64,000 nucleotides of DNA from Octopus vulgaris (Eukaryota), in NCBI GenBank assembly GCA_951406725.2, contig OX597829.1, positions 32,798,001 through 32,862,000 of the forward strand. The letters run 5' to 3'. This document shows positions 14,140 through 27,687 of the stretch, in pieces. The notes under the pieces were generated by a model, which was not told the DNA's origin, made no database searches, and saw only the letters and a list, made by a program, of their open reading frames with translations. Positions within the stretch are counted from its first letter, which is position 1. Every line of letters begins with the position of its first letter. The position numbers were made by a program, and so were the translations under genes.

Positions 14140-14843
14140 GAGCTCCTTTGGCAGATTGTACAAACGTGTTTGGCACAATGGTGGCCTGAAGAACAAAACA
14201 AAGATCAGTGTCTACAGGGCCGTGGTTCTCACCACTCTTCTCTATGGCTCAGAGACCTGGGTCACTTACCGCAATCACATCCGGCTCCTCGAGCGCTTCC
14301 ACCAGCGATGTCTCCGCACCATCCTCAACATTCACTGGAGTGACTTCGTCACAAACATTGAAGTCTTGGAGCGGGCCGAGATCCCCAGCATTGAAGCCAC
14401 GCTACTGAAGTACCACCTCCGATGGGCAGGGCATGTCTCCAGAATGGAGAACCATCGCCTTCCAAAGATTGCCCTGTTTGGCGAACTCTCTACCGGCCAC
14501 CGTGTGAGAGGAGCTCCGAGGAAGCGCTACAAAGACTGCCTCAAGAAGTCTCTAACAGCATGTCATATTAACCACCAATGCTGGTCCGTGGACCGTGATG
14601 TCTGGCGCCACACGATCTTCAACGCAGTCAGCAAATTTGAGGAACAAAGAAGAGATGTACTGAAAGACAAGAGATGCAGGAGGAAAGCGCGAGCCGCCTC
14701 TGACACCACACCGGATGTTACCTTCGTCTGTGGACACTGCTCACGGACCTGCCTTTCCCGTATCGGACTTGTCAGATATGAGCGTGCATGCACGCGACGT
14801 GGACAGTGTTCCTGATCTTCGTTCGCGAAGCCGAGCCATGATG
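14140..14843 (+). mobile_element. RTE (BovB-like) LINE, 5'-truncated, open C-terminal ORF
   Basis: ORF 14120-14815 TKISVYRAVVLTTLLYGSETW..LERFHQRCLRTILNIHW..LRWAGHVSRM..RLPKIALFGEL..C-terminal CxxC finger; 3' end CGAAGCCGAGCCATGATG. Confidence 0.93.
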
Positions 14844-14932
14844 GTACTTGAACTTCTTCTATAGACTCGGGCCGACCAATGCCTCGTGAGTGAATTTAGT
14901 AGACAGAAACTATGTGGAATCTCGTCATATAT

Positions 14933-14969
<37 letters not shown>

Positions 14970-14971
14970 CA

Positions 14972-15088
<117 letters not shown>

Positions 15089-15292
15089 TGTGTTGAGTGT
15101 GTTAAATAAAATGAGATAACAAAACCAAGGCTGTGTGGAATTTTCAGGACATTTATAAGGAGGAAGTTAGTCTTACAGCTTTTTCTGGGATATTAGGTAT
15201 ATCCCTTTATTAATTTTGACAATGTAGTGGTAGTATTAAATAGATAGAGAGGAGAGAAAAGATGCGTATGTTAAAATGAATAAGTGAAGAAA

Positions 15293-15353
<61 letters not shown>

Positions 15354-17749
15354 AGGAAAGAAAGGAAGAGAAAATGTAAAAAGGAGTGTTACTTGGTGGT
15401 CAAGATATTATGAGGGGCTTGGGAGAGGAGAAGGGGAATGATAGAAAAGATATGAATGTAAGGAATGAATATGTGTGAGGAATGAGAGGTGGGGTGATAT
15501 GTTTGAAAGATACTAAGATGGAAGGATGGTTACAGAAAATGGTACGGGGTGGTGGTTACTAAAGTGAGTAGTAAACCTCAAAAAGAGAGGGAAGAATAAG
15601 ATATAGCGGTCAAGTTTCTAAAAATAGACTTGGGTGTTTATTTTACTGGCTAATGTGACAGTGGGGGCTGAAAGAAGTGTATATTGATATATGTGCTCGA
15701 GCACATACATACATACATACATACATATCCGCACTTCGACCTTAAGGATCATAAGAAGGACTTCATAACTAAACAATCGATACGCCTCATATTCTCCGAC
15801 CTGGAAAGAACAAGCAAAAGTATTTTGGATAAAATAATACCAATCGTCAAGGAGAAATTGACCGTCAACTTATAGTCCAATACAGGTAAAGTCATAACAT
15901 AGTTCCATCTCTTACACAACAAAAATTCTCCTTCTATCCGACAATTCGATATATATAATTTCTCCAAAACTTCTTAATCAAGCTCTCCTTCTATCTAGGA
16001 ATCTAACTAACCTAACCCTACGAGATATTAACATAATCCTTAATACCCATAAAACCCTTATTTCTTTCGTGGACAAACTTTGGTGCCGAGCCAACCACTA
16101 TAACAATAACAACAACCATAGCAAATTATTTGACAATATTATGGGATCATCCGATTCCGCCCAAGTCACCGACCTCGTTGGATTATACATTCGCCACCAG
16201 CTCCGAATACATTCCTCTAACATCAAGGAAGGCCTTTACAGAGATGACGGTTTGTTAGTCACCAAGGGCGTTAACGAATCCTCTTTAGAACGAGTTAGGA
16301 AAGGTCTACACAAATTTTTCCCCAACTTTAACCTATCTCTTACTTTTGAAAATTCCTACAAAACCACTAATTTTTTAGCTGTAACCTTAAACTTAGGAAC
16401 CTCCCAATATTCCCCATATCATAAGCCTAACCAATACCCAAAGTACTTAAATATTAATTACAATCACCCCAAATCCACCTTTGATAATATAGTTAAGGTT
16501 ATCTCGATTCGCATATCTGACCTCTCGTCCACTGAGGAAATATTCAATAACCCATATTACAATCAAGCGCTCGCTGCCAGCGGTTTATCCCAACAAATAA
16601 AATACATCTCTAATACCAGGCTCAAGCAACATATATCTCAAATCATATCACAATGACATGCCAACCATCAAAATCACAACAGACCATTCATACACTATAC
16701 TAGAATCCCGAGAGAACCCAGATTAAGACAACTTAGACCGCACACGCACACATATAACGCTAGGTCAAAAGCTAAAACAGCTAACGATAACGGGCTATAT
16801 TATATTACCCACCTCTAATTTCTAAAAATATACATTACACTACCCTTAAACAACCAAACCAAAAGCAGTGGACGCTCTATTTTATGGTATACATCCCACT
16901 TTTCACTAAACGTTAAGAACTTAGCTAAATCCTTTTTTGATATACTAGACTCCAACTTTCCTCGTCATCATAAATATAACTCTATCTTTAATATATCTAC
17001 TCTGAAGCTATGCTACTTCTCCCTGTCCAACTTTGAGTCTATCATAACAGCTTCTAATAAACGAAACTTTCCCTTTTTTAGCAAAACTTACACTGTAACA
17101 ACCCTGAATACACGAACGCCCAACATATACATAGCTCCAATATCGAACCCCATACTTTAGACCACAACAAAAACCCTACAAATCTCACGAACACTAACCA
17201 GAATACTACTACCCCAACTTCCACCACAATTATAGATAGGATAATTAACAACAACGATAGAAATAGTAATAATAATAGTAATAACATAGACCAACCTACC
17301 CCCATCTCTGACCTCTCCTCAGACAGTATTACCTCCTTCATTCCTGATAATAATCCACACAATTCACTACCATTAACTGCTGCCCTGGGATCATCTGCCC
17401 TCTACAAACCCGTTGCAGAAGGTCTAACGTAATTTATAAACGCGCAACCTAAATCACCACACAGTACCTATCCCGAACACCCCTTAGGTAATCCCCAGCA
17501 ACCCTATTTAACTTTCCATTGTCTCCCTTGTAATTTTTTTATTTTTTTATTTTTTAACTCTCCAATCTTATTTTTTAATTGTTTAATACTACATATATGG
17601 ACATGTATACACGTGTGCGTGCTTGCGTATATATATATGTGTGTGTGTGTGCGCGCGCGCGTGTGTATGTATATATATAACTATATGTGTGTGTATGCGT
17701 GTATGTGTATGTGTATATGCATATATCTATGGGTGTGTCTGTGTGTGCA

Positions 17750-17791
<42 letters not shown>

Positions 17792-18322
17792 CAGGGTGTC
17801 CCCAAAAAATGTATACACACCTTAAATAATTGTAAAGTTGGGGTTTATTATAATTCGAATAATGTTCAACATGTAAAAGAATTTACAAATATCATTCTAT
17901 TGTCTTGTTATCGCATGTTCTCAAACTGATGTCCGTTCTGCTCCAGACACTGACAACGCGAAGCGATGGAATGGCACACATCATGGAACAATTCCCTTGG
18001 GATATTCGTACATTCATGTTCAATGGTTGCCCTCAATTGAACGATCTGTTGCAGGTTTCTGTGCGTAGACTTTGTCCTTTAGGTATCCCCATAAAAAGAA
18101 GTCTAGTGGTGTGAGGTCTGGTGAACGTGGAGGGTATTCGACAAAACCTCTCCGTCCAATCCACCTGTTTGGCAAGATCCCATCAAGAAAGGATCTAACA
18201 TCGCGATGGTAGTGTGGAGGTGCCCCATCTTGCTGGAAATAAAACTCTTCCTGTTCAAAGTCCTCTCTAATGCTTGGCATGACAGACTGTTGCAGCAAGT
18301 GTATACATTTTTTTGGGACACC

Positions 18323-18325
<3 letters not shown>
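17792..18325 (-). mobile_element. Internally deleted Tc1/mariner-superfamily element nested in PLE copy 1
   Basis: 27-bp TIRs CAGGGTGTCCC(C/A)AAAAAATGTATACAC, TA flanks; FQQDGAPPHY..NRWIGRRG..PPRSPDLTPLDFFLWGYLKDKVY. Confidence 0.92.
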
Positions 18326-18413
<88 letters not shown>

Positions 18414-18467
18414 CATATGGGTTTAAGTACATAAGTATGCACCCCTATATTAGTGCATATACACACG

Positions 18468-18508
<41 letters not shown>

Positions 18509-18831
18509 TTGTGTGTGTATGCGGGCACGTATATCAACATACATTTCTTTCAGCCCCCACTGTCATATTAGCTAGTAAAATAAACACCTCCGTCTATTTT
18601 TAGAAACTTGACCACTATATCTTATTCTTCTCTTCCTTTTTGAGGTTTACTACTCACGTTAGTAATCCCACCCGTACCATTTTCTGCACCCATCCTTCCA
18701 CTTTAGTGCCTTTCAAACATATCACCCCACCTCCCACTCCTCATACATATTCACACCTCTTATTTCCATCCTTTACAAAATAACTCCTATATTGAACTCT
18801 ACTATTTCCCTCTATTTAACCATCCCACATC

Positions 18832-18879
18832 GTCTCTGATGAAGGGATATCCCTAATATCCCAGAAATAGCTGTAAGAC
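18832..18879 (+). ncRNA. Minimal type I hammerhead ribozyme in PLE pseudo-LTR
   Basis: GTCT-CTGATGA-A-GGGATAT-CCCTA-ATATCCC-A-GAA-ATAGCTGT-A-AGAC: stem I GTCT/AGAC, 7-bp stem II, quasi-palindromic stem III, GUA site. Confidence 0.75.
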
Positions 18880-19091
18880 TAACTTTCTCTTTATAAATGT
18901 CCGGAAAATTCCACACAGCCTTGACTTTGTTGTCTCATTATATTTAACATATACATGCCCATACAAGAGTCGCGTTAGACTCATTACTTGCATCATTATC
19001 AAATCGAGAGTTTAACTATGGTCCTTCCATAGCACTTACATAGCCTTACCTGCCACCTTAGAACTTCTGGATACCAATATCTCTCATATAG

Positions 19092-19151
<60 letters not shown>

Positions 19152-19179
19152 CTATATATATACATATATATGTTTATAT

Positions 19180-19434
19180 ATTTATAAAAATATGGTAAAG
19201 TAAAAGAATTCACTTTACCACACACCGAACTTTTCCGAAATAGCAGCCAAAAACTTGGCTATTTCTTCAACTGCAAATAAAAGTCTCCAGACAATGCATA
19301 CTCAGAAAAATAACAGTCTCCAGACAATAGACTTTTATTTGCAGTTGAAGAAATAGCCAAGTTTTTGGCTGCTATTTCGGAAAAGTTCGGTGTGTGGTAA
19401 AGTGAATTCTTTACTTTACCATATTTTTATAAAT
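19180..19434. repeat. Near-perfect ~106-bp inverted repeat with 42-bp spacer
   Basis: 19180-19286 vs 19329-19434, about one indel; embedded in TA-rich tracts. Confidence 0.92.
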
Positions 19435-19545
19435 TAATACTTCAAATATACCGTAAATGGTCTTTACATACCGAATACTGCTTAGTCGAATTTATTAATA
19501 ATTAATTGATTCGACCCCCATTTTCTCATAACACTATATATGTTT

Positions 19546-19596
<51 letters not shown>

Positions 19597-19677
19597 CACA
19601 TATATATATATATACATACATACACACACATATATATATATATATACATATATATATGTATGTATGTAAGAGTGTTT

Positions 19678-19890
19678 AAGTGTGTCTTTGGGTGTGTTAA
19701 ACACCCTCAACCAGTGCTTGACAACCGGTGCCCCTTTGTTTATGTCCCTTTAACGTGGTGGTTTGGCAAAAGAACCGACAGAATAAGTACCAAACTTTAA
19801 AAAGTACTGGGGTTGAGTTGTTTGACTAAACCCTTCAATGAGGTGCTCCTGCGTGGTCGTAGTCCAACGACTGAAACCAATAAAAGATGA
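19678..19890 (+). mobile_element. SINE family A-related 3' half
   Basis: GGTTTGGCAAAAGAACCGACAGAATAAGTAC...GACTGAAACCAATAAAAG matches the family A tail. Confidence 0.7.
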
Positions 19891-21296
19891 AGGTCTAAAC
19901 ATGTGTGTATATGACAACCAGTGCAGTTCTGTAGAACCAGATCTATTGGGGACCTACTTACTTTAGCTACCTAGCAAATGGGTTCTTGCTTTTGAGGAAT
20001 TTGGTGAAAGCAATATGATCGACTTCGGCACCAACAAGCCTCTCTACCACGTCTAGATTAGGAATCTCCTATCAGAAAGTTTTTCTGCTGATGGACCTCA
20101 CTCATCACTCATATATTTAACTTGTATTCTCCTGAAAGGTTGTCACGTATGTTGACGAAGCTCATCCTCCCACCTCATTTTATCAGCCCTGATGAGCCCC
20201 AGGATTCAGATTTGTTCTCCATTTTCTTTTTTCTTTTCTATATATCAATGACTTCCTTTTCCCCCACATTCAACAATACGGATGTCAGTACCCTTCATTT
20301 CCCTCTAACATTCCCCAATCATACATTATCCACTTGCAACCCATACCTCACCCACCAAACACAAACTTAATGTATGAACTAAGTTTATTTCTTTCTATAG
20401 CAAGAAAATGCAAACGCTACTCATATCAAGAAAAAAAGTATTGATCTCTCACCTGGGACGGCGGTGTTGATGCAAACATAGACTTTCTAAACTACATCCA
20501 AAAGAGGGGCATCCGACTGTTTAGCATAAAGTTATTCACCACATGCACACTCCAGCCAACCTCTTGCCCAAAGGCATACTATCTCTTGTCACTACTGATA
20601 TGGCCTCTGTTTCTTGGATGTAGCTGGTCTCATGCCACCACTGCACTTCTGTCTCACTCGTTTTCCTTTCTCTCATCACTTTTGATATATCTAATCCCAC
20701 TTGGTTCCGCGCTAATCTCTATACCCAGTTCTTCTTTCACAGAACGTCAGCCCTCAATATCTCCCACCCCTGCTCATATTTCTCCCCCAAGTATTGACTT
20801 ACAATTGTTCAAGATAAACGCCGGTTTAGGTGGTCATAACACAGCTTCTTCCTCCCATTACCTAGCAATTTAAAACAAAATGTTACTAAAGATATAACGA
20901 AATATTTCCTTTCTGGGTAAACCTAGAAATTAATGGCCGCACAAAATAACCAATGCAACTCAGTGGAAAAAATAGAAATACTAAACGAATATCCCGTTAA
21001 TGAGAACGCTTAGTACGAAACTAATACTTCGAAAGAGTGTAGAAAATATAGTAATCCTCTTTCTCGGCATACAACTCATTTTCCTCAATGAATTTCTAAT
21101 ATCTATATTACACTTTACATTCTCACTTAACTCTACACCCATTCAATGAGATTGATCTGAAGCTTGGCAAAGTGTTCAGTGTAGCAGGTAATATAAACAA
21201 ATGATCTATGCTTAGATTATATCATGACAAGATATAAAACAAAGTGTGCTAAATCAGGGTACAATATAATGCTACTTTTCAGGTCTGAGCGCTACT

Positions 21297-21332
<36 letters not shown>

Positions 21333-21373
21333 CAAAACGTAAGGATGGACAACTAAGGATGGACAGCGCTACT

Positions 21374-21450
<77 letters not shown>

Positions 21451-21567
21451 TGTATGTATGTATGTATGTATGTATGTATGTATATAATATTCCAGACTTA
21501 CAGGGAAAAATTCAATTTAGTAATACTAAATCAAATTTCACAAAATATAATATATGTATATAAATTA

Positions 21568-21845
21568 GAAAAAAAACACCTTTTATCAATTCAACAATGA
21601 AATAATTAAATTATACCATATAGAAAAAAGTTAAATATAAGATAAAAACATATACTAATGATTAAGTAATGAACAAAATAATACATAAAAAGTATATAAT
21701 TGGTGAAAAGACTACACATGTTTACAAATTATATACTTTTTTTATTATTTAATCATTAGTATATGTTTTTATCTTATATTTAATTTTTTCCTATATGGTA
21801 TGATTTAATTATTTCATTATTGAATTGAAAAAAGGTGCTTTTTTC
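21568..21845. repeat. AT-rich imperfect inverted repeat (~125-bp arms)
   Basis: AAAACACCTTTTATCAATTCAACAATGAAATAATTAAA.. pairs with ..TTTAATTATTTCATTATTGAATTGAAAAAAGGTGCTTTT. Confidence 0.8.
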
Positions 21846-21863
21846 TACTTTATATATATATAT

Positions 21864-22023
<160 letters not shown>

Positions 22024-22257
22024 AGGGTTAGTTTTGCCATTCGTTCCTTCAGGGTCAATAGAATAGAGCACCAGTAAAATACTGAACTCAGTTGTATTGA
22101 TTAACCTTCTTCCTTCAAAATTACTGACCTTGTGTCTAAATCTGAAATTATTACTCCATGATTACGGGGGAAAATGAGCATATTTGTCGTTTTTCTTTTG
22201 TTTTGAATTGATATTGCTGGTGAAAAGTTTGCGTGTGTGTGTGTGTGTGTGTTAGAT

Positions 22258-22476
22258 ATTGGTTTCAAAATTTGGAATTAGGCCAGCAAATTCGAGTGAG
22301 GGGCAAAGTCGATTACATCGATCCCAGTGTTCAACTGGTATTTATTTCATCCAACCCGAAAGAATGAAAGGCGAAGTGGACCTCGGCGGACCTTGAATTC
22401 AGAACGTAAGGATGGACAAAATGCTGCTAACCATTTTGCCCTGCGTGCTAAGCGATTCTGCCACCTCGCCGCCCTG
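22258..22476. mobile_element. SINE-like repeat (family C)
   Basis: ACATCGATCCCAGTGTTCAACTGGTATTTATTTCATC..GAATGAAAGGCGAAGTGGACCTCGGCGGA; related fragments at 37075-37330. Confidence 0.65.
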
Positions 22477-22484
22477 CATGTGTG

Positions 22485-23920
22485 TTAAGTATTACAATAA
22501 ATGACAAAATATAACTGAAACACATTTTTAGAGTCAATTCTTGTTTCAAAAGCTACTGCTGAACTGTTGCATTAAATCGTAAAAAAGTTCTTTTGTGATC
22601 TGGGAATAAATATTAAACTCTGTTTTGGCTTTGCAACAGACGAAACTTCAAACATTCGAAGCGTTAATAATTCTCTCTAGACGTTAATGAAATTAAACAT
22701 GCCAGACTTGATTTTCATAAAATGCATTCGCCACTCTCAAACCGTTTAGTGTGTTTTTCCATGTTGCTGAGGAATGCTTTCTAACATTAACTATCTGCTG
22801 AGAGAAACTTACAGTTGTTCCGACAGATCAGCGGTGAGAAAAGCATCTTACATGGAAATGTATAAATTAACTTATCAACGATAGTTACAAAAAAAAAAAC
22901 ACTTAAAATTATTTTCTTTTCACCCACAAGCTGGTTAGCAAGAAGCCTCTTAGTAAAAAAAAAAAAAAAGAGTTCTTAGCTAGCGGGACGCGTTAAAATT
23001 ATATTTTTAAAAAAGCATTATTTTCGAGATACAGCAAGTATTATACAAAAGAATTAAATGAGACGTATTTATATGCAACTAATGAATCCCATTTTATATA
23101 TACGAGACTTGTGTTGAGTGAAACTGAAAACAAATATTTTTTTATCTAAAAAGAAACAGCAAATCACTGTAAATGTAATATGAAATATACAGATGAAATA
23201 TCGATGAAATATACAGTTTCTATTGTTTATGCTTACAAGAATTTTGCATTATCAATATGTAATTTTTAAAAGGATCCTAGATAATGAATCGCAGTACCTT
23301 TCATGGAATAAAAAGCACTGACTTTAGACACAAGTTCTCTAAATTTTTGACCGGTAAAATTTCATCAAAACAAATTTAGCAAGGACAAATAAGCACTACA
23401 CAAAAACAAAAATAGACGTTAGTCTTTTCGAGGTAGTCGTACAAAGGATTATTGAACCAAGAAATATTGAAAGTCTTCAAATTATTTTTATAAGATTCTT
23501 CAGAGCTTCATTTAGTAATTCTTATCTTTTGTAGTCAGTTACCCCTCTAGTTTTGGTTGCTCAACCTAAACTTGAACAAATAGAGAACCAGGGGTAGAAA
23601 CTGCGAACATTTGACTGGATAAAGTACATTTTCTGGAGAAATTCCTTTGAAATGTGTCAGAATGTTGGTTGAAAGCAGTGTCACTTAAAAATGTGGCTAA
23701 TGATTCGTGTTCTACACGAAATGCAGAATGCGACTAAGCAATGCCACTTTTGAAGGAGTGTTTCTAAGGGTACACTCCAACCAAAATAAAGTAAGAAGTA
23801 GGATGATATTATATCTAAGTCTGTCGATTTTAAGACTAAAAATAATACTTCAGGAACAGAAAACGTAGCTGCAATGATTTTTTACTAACGATGAGGCAAT
23901 GCTTAAACGCCCACAAAACC
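22485..23920 (+). pseudogene. Highly decayed hAT-like transposase
   Basis: Remnant motifs GFATDETSNIRSVNNS (DGASNM-like) and IFIKCIRHS (CxxH-like); many stops and frameshifts. Confidence 0.5.
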
Positions 23921-24156
23921 GAAGAGGAAATTAGAGGAGAATGGAATCCTTAAATATAATGGAATCCTTAAATATAAAATTTTTAATGTTTGAATATCAA
24001 TTAAAGTTAAGTAAATTATAAGTAAGTAAATTATAAGCAGTTTATAAAAAAAATGAATTTGTGAATATATTTATTACAAAATCGAATCTCCGGTGTTTTA
24101 AGTATAGAGCTGAATTTTAAAATGAGGAGGAAGAGGAGGTTGAGGAGGAGGGGATG

Positions 24157-24322
24157 AGAAGAAGAAGAAGAAGAAGAAGAAGAAGAAGAAGAAGAAGAAG
24201 AAGAAGAAGAAGAAGAAGAAGAAGAAGAAGAAGAAGAAGAAGAAGAAGAAGAAGAAGAAGAAGAAGAAGAAGAAGAAGAAGAAGAAGAAGAAGAAGAAGA
24301 AGAAGAAGAAGAAGAAGAAGAA
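24157..24322. repeat. Pure (GAA)n ~55 units
   Basis: Direct reading. Confidence 0.97.
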
Positions 24323-24948
24323 GCTGTAAAGCAACTAAAATCTACAAACTGCCATTTTAAAACGATGGCAAGAAAAGCCAATACATGGTAAATACGAGGA
24401 TAAGCTAAGCAGAAGAGAAAAAGACAATAAAATCTCGTCAATGGTTGAGTTCGGATCTCAAAGCAATTAGAATCCTGTGGGGTGTAGGGAATCACGTAAT
24501 GAAGGGGCACATTTAAAACACAAATAACTAAGGCTAGAACATGAACATCTATTGCAAATATAATACATATGTTGTAAAGAATGTCTCCCTTCGTTATTTC
24601 ATCATTAGATACCCTGTATATGTACGAATGCATACATTTGTGCCTATGTGTGTGTGTATAAGTGTATAATTTTTTGCTAGGGTGGGGGCAGATGGTTGAT
24701 CTAGATCTCAAAGGACATATAAAGCTACAAATAATAGCATGCAAATATTGGTTTGAAAACTTTTTTTAAGTTAGAAAATGTCGAAAGCTGCCCGTGGGAC
24801 TAAAACCCACTTTTCCAATAGTCAAGTTTAAAGAATTATTTCATATTCTCTAGAAAGTTTACAATATACATATATATATATAGATGAGTGTATTTTTACC
24901 TTGTTAACAATTAACACGGAAAAATAAATAAATAAATACATTTATTTA

Positions 24949-24988
<40 letters not shown>

Positions 24989-25404
24989 TATATTATTGTC
25001 TGTATGTATATATTATATATACATACATACATACATACATAGATACGTTTCCTTCAGGATTGGCTCAGACCATGTCTAACTTAATACCACATACGTGCAC
25101 AGACGTGTGTACATAAAGAGACGTTTAAATACATGCATACGTAGATGCGATTACTACCAAAAACAAGTACACCAAGAACTATAGACACAGATGTAAATGT
25201 ATAATTCGAGTAGGAAAACTGTCGACTTCTCTAAAGAGAATATAAATTTACAGTTCGTATCAATAAATACTAGTGCATATGATTACTTTTTTTAATGCTT
25301 AAGTGATGCTATAATAAAACTAATATTTTCAGGTATAAAAAATGACAATGTAGTACGCATTTGAAAAAGTACAATCAGCAAGCAGAATTGTAAAAATATC
25401 TTTT

Positions 25405-25583
25405 ATCTTTTATTTCTGGGGCAATGCATTGAAGGGCTCAGTCAAATTGGCCACAGTATTCTTTCCTGTAAGTATGGATTTCTTCTATCAGTTCCTTTAC
25501 CGAACCGCTAGTTTATACTAGTTCATGGGAACTTGTCAAGCAGTGGGTGAGGACAAACACAGCACACACACAGCGCGCGCACG

Positions 25584-25660
<77 letters not shown>

Positions 25661-25825
25661 ATATACCTGTACAATGGACCTATTTTCAGTTTCCGACTAT
25701 CAAGTCTACTCATAAGCCATTTGTCTATAGTAGAAGACACTTGCCCATGGTCCACGCAGTGGGGCTGAACCCAATTCGACATAGTTGGGCAGTGAACCTC
25801 TTATCCACACTGCCACACCTGCGCC
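25405..25825 (-). mobile_element. SINE family A (diverged)
   Basis: Homology to 383-806, internal (CA)n. Confidence 0.8.
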
Positions 25826-26303
25826 TAAAGTTTGGTAAGCTATGCCACACTTTCCTAAAATTCATTATATAACATTTGTTGTTGTTGTTGTTATACATAT
25901 TCCAATGATGGTGTTTTGTTTATCAGAAACTCCTTACAGGAATAATTCAAGTAATTAAAAATACATAGTAAAAGTGATTGAAAATCATACATATAAACGT
26001 TGCGGGGTGGTTATTTAACAGACAATTTCTGCAATTACGTGAAACATATCTCAGTTAACAAGAAAAAATAATTATTTACTTACAGCGGTATTGATTTACC
26101 TCCCGCGTTTATTTTTCTCTTAATATAATCGTCCTCATCATCATAATCATCGTCATCGTCGTCATATTCTTCAGTATAGTCATCATCGTTGTACGCATCC
26201 TCTTTTGCTCTCATCTTCGAAAACTTGATCATTTTTTGCTGTTTCCTCTATTTGATCAACAATCCAACGGATGAACGGATGTATATGAACAGACAGACGG
26301 GCA

Positions 26304-26431
<128 letters not shown>

Positions 26432-26599
26432 CGTTGGCTGATTGATCGGGTAAAGTTAGAAATCGATCGACTGACTGAAATTCAGATAGTTATTTACATT
26501 TTAGAGAAAAAGTAATCTCTTTTCGAAACCTTTTTTCCCTTTGTTCTTAAATCTATTTCTCCAGATTTATCTTTTTTCAATAACTTTTACTCCTAATTT

Positions 26600-26957
<358 letters not shown>

Positions 26958-27687
26958 CTATATATCTATTTCTAAAGGCTACAAAATCCTATAAAATCAG
27001 TGAAACAGTGGACCAACAGACAGCAACCGCAATCGCCTTAAAATGTAATCTTGTAATAAAAAAATGTTTCCTCGGCATCATTAGACTTATATTTTTATTT
27101 TATTTATTTTTCCTTTATTTTTATTAATTCTTCAGATAAAGCGTAAAAGGGCACTGCAGTTAGCTATTCTCTATATCTACACCTATCAGGTATATCTGTC
27201 TAAAAACAACAACGCCATATGCTACAGCTCAGCAGAAACAATACTGAGAATCTTATTCTTGTAAACGGGCGTCGGTGGTGGTCGTACTGGAGCGAAGTTA
27301 CTGATTAGACTGAAATGTGTTCGAAATAGTTCAAATATGGAAGTATCTGCAAGTACGGCTTTGCGAAAGATTGCAAGCGAAATAGTAACGTCTTCCTTAA
27401 CACCACCACCACCAACACTACCACCGCCGCCTCCAGTATCACCACCAACCTCCACTACCACCACCACTACCACCTCTATTACCACTACCATCACAACCTA
27501 CGTTTGAGTACCGACTGGAGAAATACACACACACACACACACACTCATCAAACATAGACATAAACGTATTATAGTTACATATAAATATCATATGTATGTA
27601 TGTATCGATACATTATATGAAACATTCCAAGGCGGTCCCCAGCACAGCCGCAGTCCAAGGAATGAAACAAAAGGCAAAAGATATATA

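Larger units (their letters stand above)
15095..18952 (+). mobile_element. Penelope-like element copy 1 with inverted 5' pseudo-LTR (15095-15680), RT body (15725-17440) and 3' pseudo-LTR (18545-18952)
   Basis: ORF 16069-16656 MGSSDSAQVTDLVGLY..GLYRDDGL..YHKPN..NHPK..YNQALAASG; 15095-15680 is the reverse complement of 18545-18952; GIY-YIG domain deleted relative to copy 2. Confidence 0.88.

Noticed and set aside
19341-19390. TTGAAGA-stem-GGAAA hammerhead-like words in the 106-bp hairpin
   Set aside because: Core register is wrong and there is no stem I/III pairing
20400-20900. Possible exon or Tx1 ORF1 remnant on the minus strand
   Set aside because: Only vague similarity with many stops; cannot be assigned
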